Notes under the pieces: model-generated
The model's database searches: none
Seen by the model: only the letters and a program-made list of their open reading frames with translations
What the model was told of the DNA's origin: nothing
Shown here: one piece after another, positions 1 to 9,984 of the stretch
How the letters are laid out: each line of letters starts with the position of its first letter
Numbering within the stretch: position 1 is the first letter of the stretch
Program-made: the position numbers and the translations under genes
NCBI GenBank assembly: GCA_944363885.1
Contig: CALVVO010000001.1
Location: 4,865-68,864 of the forward strand
Length of the DNA stretch: 64,000 bases
Reading direction: 5' to 3'
DNA from: an uncultured Bacilli bacterium
Lineage (GTDB): Bacteria > Bacillota_I > Bacilli_A > RF39 > UBA660

Positions 1-183
1 CTAGATGAAGCAAATGTTGAACGTTTTGGAAAATATTTAGACAATTATAAAGGTAAAACGCAACTTCTTATAATTACCCATAAGAAAAAAACAATGGAAT
101 TTGTCGATTTATTATATGGCGTTACCATGGAAGAAAGCGGAGTTAGTAAATTAGTTAGTGTTAAACTAGAAACAAAAGAATAG
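1..183 (+). CDS. 3' end of an SMC/RecN-type chromosome-maintenance ATPase gene (partial; start lies outside the window)
   Basis: Frame 1 gives ...QLLIITHKKKTMEFVDLLYGVTMEESGVSKLVSVKLETKE*. This matches the conserved C-terminal signature/D-loop region of SMC-family ATPases. Stop TAG at 181-183. Confidence 0.5.
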   Translation, partial: LDEANVERFGKYLDNYKGKTQLLIITHKKKTMEFVDLLYGVTMEESGVSKLVSVKLETKE

Positions 184-257
184 ACGAATATTAAAATTTT
201 TCTTTTTGATTTTTTAAGAATTAATCATTTGCAAAACTAGACATATTTTTCAAATAG

Positions 258-266
258 TGTTATAAT
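258..266 (+). promoter_or_regulatory. Extended -10 promoter element (TGtTATAAT) upstream of rpsU
   Basis: TGTTATAAT lies about 30 nt upstream of the AGGGAGGG RBS and ATG at 296. No clear -35 was seen. Confidence 0.3.
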
Positions 267-295
267 TAAGGCGAGATTGAAGGGAGGGTAGAAAA

Positions 296-487
296 ATGAC
301 TCATGTGGATGTTAAAAATGGTAATGTTGAAGTTGCTTTGAAAAAATTTAAAGTAAAAGTGCAACGTAGTGGTATCCCTTCTGAAATGAAAAAAAGAAAA
401 GAATATTCAAAACCAGGCGTAGTAAGAAGAGAAGCTAAAAAAGAAGCTATCAAAAATGCTAGAAAAAAAAGTAGAAACAATAGATAA
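296..487 (+). CDS. rpsU: 30S ribosomal protein S21
   Basis: 63 aa, basic, sequence MTHVDVKNGNVEVALKKFKVKVQRSGI..., the typical S21 family. Strong RBS AGGGAGGG upstream. Confidence 0.9.
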   Translation: MTHVDVKNGNVEVALKKFKVKVQRSGIPSEMKKRKEYSKPGVVRREAKKEAIKNARKKSRNNR

Positions 488-507
488 AGTTTTAGAAATT
501 GTGATAG

Positions 508-966
508 GTGATTAATATGTTATATGAAAAGTTAATAAACGATATGAAAGAAGCTATGAAGAGCAAGGACAAAGAAACGTTAAGTACTATAAGGCTTCTC
601 AAAAGCGCTATTGATTTATACAAAATTAACAATAAAATGGACAGGAGTACAGTTAGCGATGAAGTTGTAATAGAAATTGCAGCAAAACAAGTTAAAACTC
701 ATAAAGAAAGCATTATTGAATTTAGAAATGCTGGAAGAGAAGACTTAGCAAAAAAGCTTGAAGATGAAATAAAAGTTATAAAAAACTATTTGCCTGAACA
801 ACTAAGCGAAGAAGAAATTGAAAAAGTAATAAATGATATTTTTGAAAAAGTAAAACCAACTGGAAAAAGCGATATGGGCAAAATAATGAAAGAAGTAAAT
901 ATATTATTAAAAGGCAAAGCAGATATGAAAACTGTAAGCGAAATAGTAATGAGTAAACTTAATTAG
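508..966 (+). CDS. yqeY: GatB/YqeY-domain protein
   Basis: 152 aa. It sits directly after rpsU as in B. subtilis (rpsU-yqeY). Lys/Glu-rich helical YqeY-like sequence. Confidence 0.7.
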   Translation: MINMLYEKLINDMKEAMKSKDKETLSTIRLLKSAIDLYKINNKMDRSTVSDEVVIEIAAKQVKTHKESIIEFRNAGREDLAKKLEDEIKVIKNYLPEQLSEEEIEKVINDIFEKVKPTGKSDMGKIMKEVNILLKGKADMKTVSEIVMSKLN

Positions 967-978
967 TTTACTTTTTTA
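952..978 (+). terminator. Rho-independent terminator after yqeY
   Basis: Hairpin AGTAAACT-taatt-AGTTTACT followed by TTTTTT. It overlaps the yqeY stop codon. Confidence 0.5.
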
Positions 979-1000
979 TTTAATAAAATATAATTTAATT

Positions 1001-1879
1001 ATGAAAGAAATAAAAGATTTAGAAATTTTAGAAAATATATGTATGAGCAATTACACTTCATACAAAACAGGCGGAATTGCAAAATATTTAGTATATCCGA
1101 ATACTTTAAAGTCATTAATTGAATTAATAAAATATATTAAAAATAACAGCATAAAACACTTTATTCTAGGTAACGGAACTAATATAATATTTACAGACGA
1201 TTTTTATGATGGAGTAGTTATAAATCTGAAAAAATTAAATAATTTACTAGCTAATAAAAACACCATTTGCGTATCAAGTGGATATAGTTTACAAAAATTA
1301 GTTAGCATTACAATAGAAAAAAGCTTAAGCGGTTTAGAATTTGCTGCAGGAATACCCGGAACTGTAGGCGGAGCAATTTACATGAACGCAGGAGCATATG
1401 CAACTGCGATGTCAGATATAATAGATGAAGTAACTTATTTAGAAAACGATGAAATAAAAACAAAAAAAAGAGAAGAGCTAGAATTTGGCTATAGAAAAAG
1501 CTATTTTAAAAAAAATAAAAGCATAATTATACTAAGCACAAAAATAAAGCTAAAACCCGGAAACAAAAAAGAAATACAAGATAAAATAAAAGAATACACA
1601 GAAAAAAGAATAAAAGCGCAGCCATTAGAATACCCAAACGCAGGAAGCGTATTTAAAAATCCTGATAATATAAGTGCAGGATCATTAATAGAACACAAAC
1701 TAAATTTAAAAGGATACAATATAAATGACGCATACATTTCAACAAAACACGCTAATTTTATAATTAATAAAGGAAATGCAAAAAGCAAAGACATTATAAA
1801 ATTAATAAAAGAAATACAAAAAGAAGCACTAGAAAAAGAAAAAATTAATTTAGAATTAGAACAAGAAATAATTAAATAA
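1001..1879 (+). CDS. murB: UDP-N-acetylenolpyruvoylglucosamine reductase
   Basis: 292 aa. Has the FAD-binding N-terminus (YTSYKTGGIAKYLVYP, GNGTNIIF) and the C-terminal AQPLEYPNAGSVFKNP motif typical of MurB. Confidence 0.85.
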   Translation: MKEIKDLEILENICMSNYTSYKTGGIAKYLVYPNTLKSLIELIKYIKNNSIKHFILGNGTNIIFTDDFYDGVVINLKKLNNLLANKNTICVSSGYSLQKLVSITIEKSLSGLEFAAGIPGTVGGAIYMNAGAYATAMSDIIDEVTYLENDEIKTKKREELEFGYRKSYFKKNKSIIILSTKIKLKPGNKKEIQDKIKEYTEKRIKAQPLEYPNAGSVFKNPDNISAGSLIEHKLNLKGYNINDAYISTKHANFIINKGNAKSKDIIKLIKEIQKEALEKEKINLELEQEIIK

Positions 1880-1918
1880 AAAAACAAAATCTCCATATAA
1901 TTAATAGGAGGTTTTTTT

Positions 1919-2158
1919 ATGTTAAACACCTTTGCAAATTACTTTAAAAACGAAAATTATTCATTACTAATAGCTAGTAATAAATTATACATAAATAATT
2001 ACAATAAAATAATAAATATCAAATCAAATGAAATAATAATAGATGTAAAAGATAAAAGATTATTTATATTTGGAAAAGATTTTATATTAAAAAAGATGGA
2101 TAAATTAGAGTTATACATAACTGGAAGTGTAACAAGGGTAGAAATAAATGAAAGATAA
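1919..2158 (+). CDS. YabP/YqfC-family sporulation protein
   Basis: 79 aa with an alternating hydrophobic beta pattern (LELYITGSVTRVEIN). It sits immediately before a YqfD homolog, as in the B. subtilis yqfC-yqfD pair. RBS AGGAGG. Confidence 0.45.
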   Translation: MLNTFANYFKNENYSLLIASNKLYINNYNKIINIKSNEIIIDVKDKRLFIFGKDFILKKMDKLELYITGSVTRVEINER

Positions 2159-3314
2159 AAAAGTAATAGTAAAAATAAAAAAATATAAAATCTATGAAAT
2201 AATAAAAACACTTTCCAAATACAATATTTACTATAACAAATTAGACAAAAAAGAAGATAATATAACGCTAGAAATAAATTATAAAGACTATAAAAAATTA
2301 AAAGCATTATTTAAAAAAAATGTTAAAATAATAAAACAAACAGGAATATACGGGTTAATTGAGACGCTTAAAAAACATTATATTTTTATAATCTCAATAA
2401 TACTAAGTTACTTTGTTATACTTATTCTTTCAAATGTCTGCTTTGGAATAAATATAGAAACCAACAATAACGAGTTAAAAAAAATAATTATAGAAGAACT
2501 TGATGAATTTGAAATAAAAGAATATAAATTTAAAAAAGACTACAACGAATTAACTAAAATAAAAAACAAAATATTAGAAGACAACAAAGACAAATTAGAA
2601 TGGTTAGAAATAACAGAAAACGGTGTATATTATAACATATCACTAACAGAAAGAATAATTAAAGAAACTCCTAATGTAGAAAACGAAATAATGGACATAG
2701 TAAGTACAAAAGATGCACTTATACAAAAAGTAATTATAAGAAAAGGAACAGATATAAAATATGTAAATGATTACGTAAAAAAGGGTGAAGTAATAATATC
2801 AGGCAATATAATAAAAAATGAAGAAGTCGTGGGCAATGTAATACCTGATGGAGATATATATGGAGAAGTATGGTATACAGTAACTACAACAGTTCCGTAC
2901 AATTTTATTGAATACACAAGTACAGGAGAAAAAGTCAATCACTACTACATAAGCTTTTTAGGAAATAAAATGACAATACTGGGAAAATTTGATTATAATA
3001 ACGTATTTATAAGAGAAGAAACAATTATAGATAAGCCATACATATTCTTTAAATTAATGAAAGAAGAAAAAGAAATATTTGAATATAAAGAGCTAACTCT
3101 AAGCAGCAGTGAAGCATACGAAGAAGCATTAAAAAGAAGCGACAAAAGCATTAATGCAAAACTAAATGATGACGAATACATAATAGACAAAAAAGTTTTG
3201 AAAAAGAATGAGTTTAGTAGTAAAATAGAAATAGAAGTATTTTATAGGGTTTATGAAAACATAGGAAAGTTAGAAAAAAGAATAACAAATTTAAATGAAG
3301 AGGAGCAAATATAA
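2148..3314 (+). CDS. YqfD-family sporulation protein (stage IV sporulation-like)
   Basis: 388 aa. The N-terminal approximately 90 aa plus a single TM helix (IFIISIILSYFVILILSNV), followed by a long extracytoplasmic domain, parallel B. subtilis YqfD. It overlaps the yqfC-like gene by 11 nt. Confidence 0.7.
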   Translation: MKDKKVIVKIKKYKIYEIIKTLSKYNIYYNKLDKKEDNITLEINYKDYKKLKALFKKNVKIIKQTGIYGLIETLKKHYIFIISIILSYFVILILSNVCFGINIETNNNELKKIIIEELDEFEIKEYKFKKDYNELTKIKNKILEDNKDKLEWLEITENGVYYNISLTERIIKETPNVENEIMDIVSTKDALIQKVIIRKGTDIKYVNDYVKKGEVIISGNIIKNEEVVGNVIPDGDIYGEVWYTVTTTVPYNFIEYTSTGEKVNHYYISFLGNKMTILGKFDYNNVFIREETIIDKPYIFFKLMKEEKEIFEYKELTLSSSEAYEEALKRSDKSINAKLNDDEYIIDKKVLKKNEFSSKIEIEVFYRVYENIGKLEKRITNLNEEEQI

Positions 3315-3922
3315 TGGTAAAAAGCACTTTTTTTGATATTATTGATACTGCATGGCCAACATTAGTAATTTTTTTAATCGTAATTATATTACTTAGAATA
3401 ATGTATTTAAAACAAAATAAAAAGAAATTTGTATTTCATGAAGAATTAATACTATTATTATTTGTCACATACATATTATTACTTTTTGAACTTGTAACTA
3501 TAAGAGATGTTGAATTTGGTGGGGTAAACTGGATGCCATTTAGGGAAATTTTGAGATATGATTTTGGCACTGATTTATTTTATAAACAAGTAATAGGAAA
3601 CATAATTTTATTTATTCCTTTTGGCTATTTTGCAACTTATTATTCCAAATTAACTAAGATTAGACACATATTTTTTATAACATTTATAACCAGTACTACC
3701 ATTGAAATCGTTCAAAGATTCATTGGTAGAAGTTTTGACGTTGACGATATAATATTAAATGTAGTAGGTGGAATTATTGGCTTTTTACTATTCATTGGTT
3801 TAGATGCAATAAGAAAAAAACTACCTAAAATATTTCAAAATGATTTGTTTTATAATATTTTGGCAATAATATTACTTATTTTAATAGTATTATACTTGTT
3901 TGGTACAGTAAGGATTGGTTAA
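3314..3922 (+). CDS. VanZ-family membrane protein
   Basis: 202 aa with four TM helices and VanZ-like motifs (WMPFREI...GNIILFIPFGYF...DVDDIILNVVGGIIGF). Confidence 0.7.
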   Translation: MVKSTFFDIIDTAWPTLVIFLIVIILLRIMYLKQNKKKFVFHEELILLLFVTYILLLFELVTIRDVEFGGVNWMPFREILRYDFGTDLFYKQVIGNIILFIPFGYFATYYSKLTKIRHIFFITFITSTTIEIVQRFIGRSFDVDDIILNVVGGIIGFLLFIGLDAIRKKLPKIFQNDLFYNILAIILLILIVLYLFGTVRIG

Positions 3923-4360
3923 ATGATAGAAGTATATAATGAAACAAACAGCGACGCTTATATAAAAGACATAAAAAGTGTATTAAAACTTGGCTTAAAA
4001 CACATGAATATTAAAGATTCATATATAAGTGTAGTTATAGTTGACAAAGATAAAATACATGAAATAAATAAAACATACAGAAATGTAGACAAAGTAACAG
4101 ATGTCATTTCATTTGCATTTGAAGATAACGGGGGAATTACTCCAGATGGGTTAAGAATACTTGGCGAAATATACTTATGTATGGACAAAGCAAAAGAACA
4201 AGCCATTGAATACGGACACAGCGATAAAAGAGAGATATGTTATTTAGTTACACATGGACTATTACATCTACTTGGATATGATCACGAAAAAGAAGAAGAC
4301 AAAAAAGAAATGAGAATAAAAGAAGAAGAGATATTGGAGTTTTATGATGCGAATAGATGA
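3923..4360 (+). CDS. ybeY: rRNA maturation endoribonuclease YbeY
   Basis: 145 aa with the HGLLHLLGYDHE zinc-binding motif. Confidence 0.9.
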   Translation: MIEVYNETNSDAYIKDIKSVLKLGLKHMNIKDSYISVVIVDKDKIHEINKTYRNVDKVTDVISFAFEDNGGITPDGLRILGEIYLCMDKAKEQAIEYGHSDKREICYLVTHGLLHLLGYDHEKEEDKKEMRIKEEEILEFYDANR

Positions 4361-4748
4361 AAGAAAAAAATTAAGAGGAATTAAAAGACTAAAAAGCAGT
4401 TTAAAATTTGCTTTTGACGGATTAAAATACGCTTATAAAAATGAACAAAGCATGACAGTACACATAATCATTACCATATTAGTAATAATATTTGGTGTAA
4501 TATTTAAAATAAATAGTTTAGAATGGATTGCAGTCATATTTTGCATAGGTATAATGATGTGTTTAGAATTAGTAAACACTAGTATTGAAGCTGTAGTTGA
4601 TTTAGTCACAGAAAAATATAATGAAAAAGCCAAAGTAGCAAAAGACGTAGCTGCCGCAGTATCAGTTATGTTTAGCTTTACTTCAATAATAATTGGATTA
4701 ATAATATTTATACCAAAAGCAATTGAATTTATAAGGAGTATAATATGA
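4344..4748 (+). CDS. dgkA: Diacylglycerol/undecaprenol kinase
   Basis: 134 aa with three TM helices and the LELVNTSIEAVVDL motif of the DgkA family. Position after ybeY matches B. subtilis. Confidence 0.85.
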   Translation: MMRIDERKKLRGIKRLKSSLKFAFDGLKYAYKNEQSMTVHIIITILVIIFGVIFKINSLEWIAVIFCIGIMMCLELVNTSIEAVVDLVTEKYNEKAKVAKDVAAAVSVMFSFTSIIIGLIIFIPKAIEFIRSII

Positions 4749-5125
4749 AAGAAAAATTAGAAAAATTATTAAACAATAGTTACGCACCATATTCTGGTGT
4801 CCACTTTGCATGCATAGTAGAAACAGAAAACGGTAACTTTTATAGCGGAGTTAATGTTGAAAACGCATCATATGGTGGAACGATATGTGCTGAAAGAAAT
4901 GCAATCAATAATGCAATAGCGAACGGAGAAAAAAACATAAAAGTAGTTTATTTGATGACTGATAAAATAGATATTTGTTACCCATGCCATATATGTAAAC
5001 AAACATTCCTAGAATTTTTAGACAGTAAAGTTATATTTAATCTAATGACAAAAAACGGGAAAATGGAAGTTTTGACATATGAAGAGGTAATGAATAGAAA
5101 TTTTAGCAAGGAAGATTTAAAATGA
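4745..5125 (+). CDS. cdd: Cytidine deaminase
   Basis: 126 aa with zinc ligand motifs CAERNAI and PCHICKQ. Confidence 0.9.
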   Translation: MKEKLEKLLNNSYAPYSGVHFACIVETENGNFYSGVNVENASYGGTICAERNAINNAIANGEKNIKVVYLMTDKIDICYPCHICKQTFLEFLDSKVIFNLMTKNGKMEVLTYEEVMNRNFSKEDLK

Positions 5126-6000
5126 AAAGCGGTTTTGTTAGTATAATAGGTAGACCAAATGTGGGTAAAAGCACATTATTGAACACTATTGTTGGTGAAA
5201 AAATAGCAATTACAAGTGATAAACCACAGACAACTAGAAACTTAATACAAGGAATATATAACGACATTGACACACAAATAGTATTTATAGATACGCCAGG
5301 AATACATAAACCAATAAACAAGCTAGGTAATAAAATGAATGCACAATCCTATTATAGTATTGATGACGTAGACGTTTTAATGCTTGTAATGGATTCATCG
5401 AGCGAGCTTGGAAGTGGAGATAAATTTGTACTTGATAAATTATCTTACACTTTAAAGCCTGTAATACTAGTTTTAAATAAAATAGATAAACTTACAAATG
5501 AAGAATTACTATTAAAGATTACTGAGTATAAAGACATATACGATTTTGCGGATATTGTACCTATTTCAGCATTAAAAAAAGATAATGTAAATAGATTAAT
5601 AGACGTAATAAAAAAATATTTGCCAGATAATGTAAAATACTTTATGAATGATGAAATAACAAGTGCTAGTGATGAATTTAGAATATGTGAAGCAGTTAGA
5701 GAAAGCATATTAAATTTAACTAATGATGAAGTACCATACTCAGTAACTTGCGTAATAAACAACATTGAAAAAGGCAAAGATATAATGAACATTTACGTAG
5801 ATATAATAGTAGACCGAGAGAATTTAAAAAAGATAATTATTGGAAAAAAAGGAATAAAACTAAAAGAAATAGGAATAAAAGCAAGAGGTGAAATTGAAAA
5901 GATCTTAGGCTGTCAAGTTTACTTAGAACTATACGTTAAAACGCTAAAAAAATGGAGAGATAAAGAAAAATATTTAACAGATTTAGGATTTAATGAATAA
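5122..6000 (+). CDS. era: GTPase Era
   Basis: 292 aa. G1 motif GRPNVGKST, DTPG, NKID, and a C-terminal KH domain (IIGKKGIKLKEIG). Confidence 0.95.
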   Translation: MKSGFVSIIGRPNVGKSTLLNTIVGEKIAITSDKPQTTRNLIQGIYNDIDTQIVFIDTPGIHKPINKLGNKMNAQSYYSIDDVDVLMLVMDSSSELGSGDKFVLDKLSYTLKPVILVLNKIDKLTNEELLLKITEYKDIYDFADIVPISALKKDNVNRLIDVIKKYLPDNVKYFMNDEITSASDEFRICEAVRESILNLTNDEVPYSVTCVINNIEKGKDIMNIYVDIIVDRENLKKIIIGKKGIKLKEIGIKARGEIEKILGCQVYLELYVKTLKKWRDKEKYLTDLGFNE

Positions 6001-6132
6001 ATTATCACAAATAGCATCAATATATATTAGGTGATAAAATTTGAAAAAAGATAAATTATGGGAAACATTTAAAAAAAGTGGCAAAATAGAAGATTATCTA
6101 AAATACAAGAAAGGTAGTAAAAACAAAGATTA

Positions 6133-6864
6133 ATGAAAATAGTTAGTACAGAAGGATTTGTAGTATCTACAACAAAATACAGTGAAAACTCAAAAATATT
6201 AAATATTCTAACAAAAGATTATGGATTAATTGGAGTTATATCAAAAAGTTGCATGTCTAGTAAAAGTGCACTTAGAACAGTGAGTGAAAGATTTATATAT
6301 GCAAACTTTAACATTAATTATAAAGAAGGTAAATTAAGCACATTAATAAGTGCAGATATAATAAATTACTTTAAATACATAAGAAGTGATATAAACTTAA
6401 TTGGATATTTAACATATTTAACTGAAATAACAACAGATGTATATAAGCAGAGTAATGATATAGAAATATATAAAATGTTTATCGCAACACTACTCAAAAT
6501 TGAACAAAAACTAGATCCTTTGGTACTAACTAACATTTTAGAAATAAAATATTTAGATTATCTAGGTGTTGGATTAAATTTAAATTGCTGTACATTATGT
6601 GGAAGCAAAAACATAGTTGCAATATCTCATAAACAAGGTGGTTTTTTATGTAAAAACTGTTATGATAATAGTGGATTTACAAATAAAAGTGCATTAAAAA
6701 CAATAAGACTATATTATTATGTTGATATAGAAAAAATAAGTGAATTAAATATATCTAATGATACAAAAGTAGAAATAGATAATTTTTTAAATCATTATTA
6801 TAAAGATTACACTGGGTTATATATAAAAAGTAAGGAATTTTTAAATAATCTAAAAACACATTAG
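6133..6864 (+). CDS. recO: DNA repair protein RecO
   Basis: 243 aa with an N-terminal OB fold (EGFVVSTTKYSENSKIL) and a C-terminal zinc-binding pair CTLCGS...CKNCY. Confidence 0.85.
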   Translation: MKIVSTEGFVVSTTKYSENSKILNILTKDYGLIGVISKSCMSSKSALRTVSERFIYANFNINYKEGKLSTLISADIINYFKYIRSDINLIGYLTYLTEITTDVYKQSNDIEIYKMFIATLLKIEQKLDPLVLTNILEIKYLDYLGVGLNLNCCTLCGSKNIVAISHKQGGFLCKNCYDNSGFTNKSALKTIRLYYYVDIEKISELNISNDTKVEIDNFLNHYYKDYTGLYIKSKEFLNNLKTH

Positions 6865-7198
6865 ATTTCTAAAAACATTTGTACTTTTTTACAATTTTTA
6901 ATTTTTAGGCATTTATAGCATATTTAAACTTTTGCCTTTAGTTATTATTTCTAACATAAAATATTATCGCTGTTGTGTAAAGTCAAAACAAATTTTTGTA
7001 AAGCAATTTTAAATCTATATTCTTATACATAATTAACAATAACACCTATAATACTGGGCTAAAATCAAAAATTTTGTTTAAAAACAACTTTACACTAATT
7101 AAATAATTTTACTAAAAATCAAAATAATACGTGACCTGGTATAACCAGTAATGATATACTTATAATATAATAAAAAGAAAAAATAGAGTTCAAGGAGT

Positions 7199-7396
7199 AT
7201 GAAAATTATGTATGACTTTAAAGAAGATTATTCAGACGATGTAATAAAACCTTTAGAAGAAGAAGTAAACAGATTAAGAAGGCTTAAGGTAAAAAAGAAA
7301 TTTCTCTGGACAAAATTTGATGAAGAAAAACTAGAAGAGAAAGAATTATTATTATTGCAAAAATTTGAAAAATTAGGCAGTATGTTAGAAGACTAA
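7199..7396 (+). CDS. Small hypothetical protein
   Basis: 65 aa, charged and helical, with a good RBS GGAG 8 nt upstream. No recognisable family. Confidence 0.35.
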   Translation: MKIMYDFKEDYSDDVIKPLEEEVNRLRRLKVKKKFLWTKFDEEKLEEKELLLLQKFEKLGSMLED

Positions 7397-7437
7397 TTGT
7401 AATTATACTAAAACATGCTAGGTTTTAAAATTTTTAG

Positions 7438-7465
7438 TTGCAAAAAATTAATAATGTATTATAAT
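7438..7465 (+). promoter_or_regulatory. Sigma-A type promoter for the glyQS leader
   Basis: TTGCAA, a 16-nt spacer, then TATAAT, just upstream of the T-box leader. Confidence 0.45.
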
Positions 7466-7469
7466 AAAT

Positions 7470-7585
7470 ATTATGAGGCGAAGATGAAAGGTTGGAAACT
7501 TTCTAGTCATATATGAAGAGGGATTCTTTTAGAATAAATTAGGTGGAACCGCGGACAGAATGTTCGTCCTAATGAATTTTAAAAG
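7470..7585 (+). promoter_or_regulatory. T-box riboswitch leader (glycine-specific expected)
   Basis: Conserved T-box sequence AAATTAGGTGGAACCGCGG at 7537-7554. It overlaps the terminator hairpin GGACAGAATGTTCGTCC plus a U-run at 7553-7580. It precedes the glycyl-tRNA synthetase gene. Confidence 0.8.
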
Positions 7586-7610
7586 TTTTTTTATTTTAAG
7601 GAGGAAAATT

Positions 7611-8990
7611 ATGAAAGAATTAAAAATGGAAGATGTTGTGAATTATTGTAAACAATATGGATTTATTTTTCAAGGAAGTGAAATTTATGGTGGACTTGCC
7701 AATAGTTGGGACTATGGCCCACTCGGAACATTATTAAAAGAAAATGTTCGAAATGCATGGAAAAAAAAGTTTATACAAGAAAACGAATACAACGTTGGTT
7801 TAGATTCAGCAATTCTCATGAATCCAGAAGTTTGGGTAGCAAGTGGGCATGTTGCTAGTTTTGCAGATCCACTTATAGATTGCAAAAAATGCAAAGCACG
7901 TGAAAGAGCCGATAAATTAATAGAAGAAGCAACAAACGGAAGAGAAACTGGAGATGGATGGAGTAATGAAAAATTAGAAAATTACATAAAAGAAAACCAT
8001 ATAAAATGCCCAAAATGTGGCAGCGAAGAATTCACTCCAATAAGAAAATTCAACTTACTATTTGAAACATCATTAGGAGTAACAGAAGATAGTAAAAATG
8101 TGATTTACTTAAGAGGGGAAACAGCACAGGGTGTATTTGTAAATTTTAAAAACGTAGAAAGAAGCATGAGGCTTAAATTACCTTTTGGAATTTGCCAAAC
8201 AGGTAAAGCATTTAGAAATGAAATCACTCCAGGTAATTTTATATTTAGAACAAGAGAGTTTGAACAAATGGAGCATGAATTTTTCTGTAAACCAGGAACA
8301 GATCTAGAATGGTTTAAGTATTGGAAAGAATTTTGTATGAATTTTTTATACTCACTAGGAATACGACAAGAAAATTTAAGATTTAGAGATCATTCAAAAG
8401 AAGAATTAAGTTTTTATAGTAAAGCTACTACAGACATAGAATACAAATTTCCGATGGGTTGGGGCGAACTATGGGGTATAGCTGATAGAACAGACTATGA
8501 CTTAGGGGTTCACACATCACATAGTGGAGAAGATTTGTCTTACCACGATCAAGAAACAAATGAGAAATATTTGCCATATGTCATAGAACCATCAGTCGGA
8601 TTAGACAGATTACTTTTATCAGTTTTATGTGATGCATATCATAAGGAACAACTAGAAAATGGAGAGGATAGAGAAGTATTAAAATTACATCCATATTTAT
8701 CACCTTACAAAGTTGCAGTACTTCCACTAGTCAAAAAATTTCATAGTGAAAAAGCAAAAGAAATATATAAAAATTTATCTAAAGAATTTATGTGCTCATT
8801 CGATGAAACACAAAGCATTGGGAAAAGATATAGAAGGCAAGACGTAGTGGGGACACCATTTTCAGTTACTGTCGATGATGATACATTAAACAATGGAACA
8901 GTTACTGTTAGAGATAGAGACACAATGGAACAAACAACAATAAAAGTTGAAAATCTAATAAATTACATTAAAGAAAGAATCACTTTTTAG
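7611..8990 (+). CDS. glyQS: Glycine--tRNA ligase (homodimeric class II type)
   Basis: 460 aa from the ATG at 7611 (RBS AAGGAGG). Class II motifs and a C-terminal anticodon-binding domain. The longer ORF-track start at 7560 lies inside the T-box terminator and was rejected. Confidence 0.95.
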   Translation: MKELKMEDVVNYCKQYGFIFQGSEIYGGLANSWDYGPLGTLLKENVRNAWKKKFIQENEYNVGLDSAILMNPEVWVASGHVASFADPLIDCKKCKARERADKLIEEATNGRETGDGWSNEKLENYIKENHIKCPKCGSEEFTPIRKFNLLFETSLGVTEDSKNVIYLRGETAQGVFVNFKNVERSMRLKLPFGICQTGKAFRNEITPGNFIFRTREFEQMEHEFFCKPGTDLEWFKYWKEFCMNFLYSLGIRQENLRFRDHSKEELSFYSKATTDIEYKFPMGWGELWGIADRTDYDLGVHTSHSGEDLSYHDQETNEKYLPYVIEPSVGLDRLLLSVLCDAYHKEQLENGEDREVLKLHPYLSPYKVAVLPLVKKFHSEKAKEIYKNLSKEFMCSFDETQSIGKRYRRQDVVGTPFSVTVDDDTLNNGTVTVRDRDTMEQTTIKVENLINYIKERITF

Positions 8991-9075
8991 TGGTTTTTTT
9001 ATTTTTTTATTTTTTATTTGATTACATAGTTAATATGTGATAAAATTAAATAGAAGATATGGAGAGTGACTATAA

Positions 9076-9477
9076 ATGGCATTTGGAAAATTAAAAAGCA
9101 TTTTTGGTGAAGAAGTAATAGAAGGCGCTAGCGAAGACGAATACTATTCTGTTTCAGCAGAAGAATCACTTAGGAAAGGTGCAGAAGGTGGCAATAAAAT
9201 GATATTAGTCGAGCCAAGAGCATATTCTGAAAGCCAACAAATTGCAGATCATTTAAAAAGCAGAAATTCTGTAGTAGTTAATTTTAAAAGAGTTACAAGT
9301 GATCAAGCCAAAAGAATTATTGACTTTTTAAGTGGTACATTATATGCTATTGGTGGAGACTTACAAAAAATAGGCGGAGGAATATACTTATGTACTCCAA
9401 AAAACGTCAACGTACAAGGCAAGATAACAGAAGACGATAAAAATATAGAGGATAATGAAGATTTAAGAGAATGGTAA
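9076..9477 (+). CDS. sepF: Cell division protein SepF
   Basis: 133 aa. Conserved C-terminal SepF domain ([28 protein letters not shown]...[19 protein letters not shown]). Confidence 0.85.
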   Translation: MAFGKLKSIFGEEVIEGASEDEYYSVSAEESLRKGAEGGNKMILVEPRAYSESQQIADHLKSRNSVVVNFKRVTSDQAKRIIDFLSGTLYAIGGDLQKIGGGIYLCTPKNVNVQGKITEDDKNIEDNEDLREW

Positions 9478-9496
9478 ATAAATAAAGAGGTGTCAT

Positions 9497-9937
9497 ATGA
9501 ATAAGTTTGATACGTCATTTCGTGGTTATAATAAAGAACAAGTAAAAGCATATTTTGACCACGTTATAAAACAATATGAAAACTTATTAAACGAGAAAAA
9601 AGCAGTAGATAAACAATTAGAATTGGTAAAAGAAAGATTAGCTCACTACGAAAACATTGAGTCTACTTTAAATCGCGCTATTATGACAGCAGAAACAGCT
9701 GGAGATGAAATAAAAAGAGTAGCAAGAACTGAAGCAGAAAGTTTAATAAATGAAGCTAAACGAAACGCAAACAGAATAATAAACGATGCATTACTAAAAG
9801 CCGAAAGAGCACAATCAGACACCGATAAATTAAGAAGAAACATAATACTTTACAAAAACAGATTAAAATCAATTATAGAAAGTCAACTTGAAATAATTGA
9901 AGAAATAGATAAAATTGACTTTAGACGAGACGAATAA
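9497..9937 (+). CDS. divIVA: DivIVA-domain cell division/septum-site protein
   Basis: 146 aa. DivIVA N-terminal motif (FDTSFRGYNKEQVKAYFDHV) followed by a coiled coil. The sepF...divIVA-ileS order matches B. subtilis. Confidence 0.8.
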   Translation: MNKFDTSFRGYNKEQVKAYFDHVIKQYENLLNEKKAVDKQLELVKERLAHYENIESTLNRAIMTAETAGDEIKRVARTEAESLINEAKRNANRIINDALLKAERAQSDTDKLRRNIILYKNRLKSIIESQLEIIEEIDKIDFRRDE

Positions 9938-9947
9938 CGTCTTTTTT
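9928..9947 (+). terminator. Rho-independent terminator after divIVA
   Basis: AGACG-aataa-CGTCT hairpin followed by TTTTT. The divIVA stop codon sits in the loop. Confidence 0.45.
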
Positions 9948-9949
9948 AA

Positions 9950-9978
9950 TTGACAATCAGTTTTAATTGCAATATAAT
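9950..9978 (+). promoter_or_regulatory. Consensus sigma-A promoter for the ileS leader
   Basis: TTGACA (9950-9955), a 17-nt spacer, then TATAAT (9973-9978). Textbook spacing. Confidence 0.6.
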
Positions 9979-9984
9979 CAACTT

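Noticed and set aside
1501-1929. 142-aa minus-strand ORF antisense to murB. Similar antisense ORFs occur at 1999-2307, 2993-3190, 3958-4206, 5445-5792, 11958-12245, 13338-13835, 14150-14713, 20923-21432, 39240-39638 and elsewhere.
   Set aside because: They are Leu/Phe/Ile/Ser-rich translations of the antisense strand of well-supported genes in an AT-rich genome. They have no RBS and no homology.
6865-7198. Long intergenic region after recO with direct TGTAAAG repeats and a CTGGTATAACCAG palindrome
   Set aside because: Short, low-complexity AT-rich motifs that could arise by chance. I could not support a specific regulator site or RNA.
7560-7610. N-terminal extensions proposed by the ORF track for glyQS (7560), ileS (10177), uvrC (25552), mnmA (35703), hisS (50989), tgt (54907), cvpA (59507), rnhC (62872) and the DUF421 gene (52995)
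   Set aside because: These extensions run through T-box terminators or lack an RBS. Internal ATGs with good Shine-Dalgarno spacing reproduce the conserved N-termini of the respective families.
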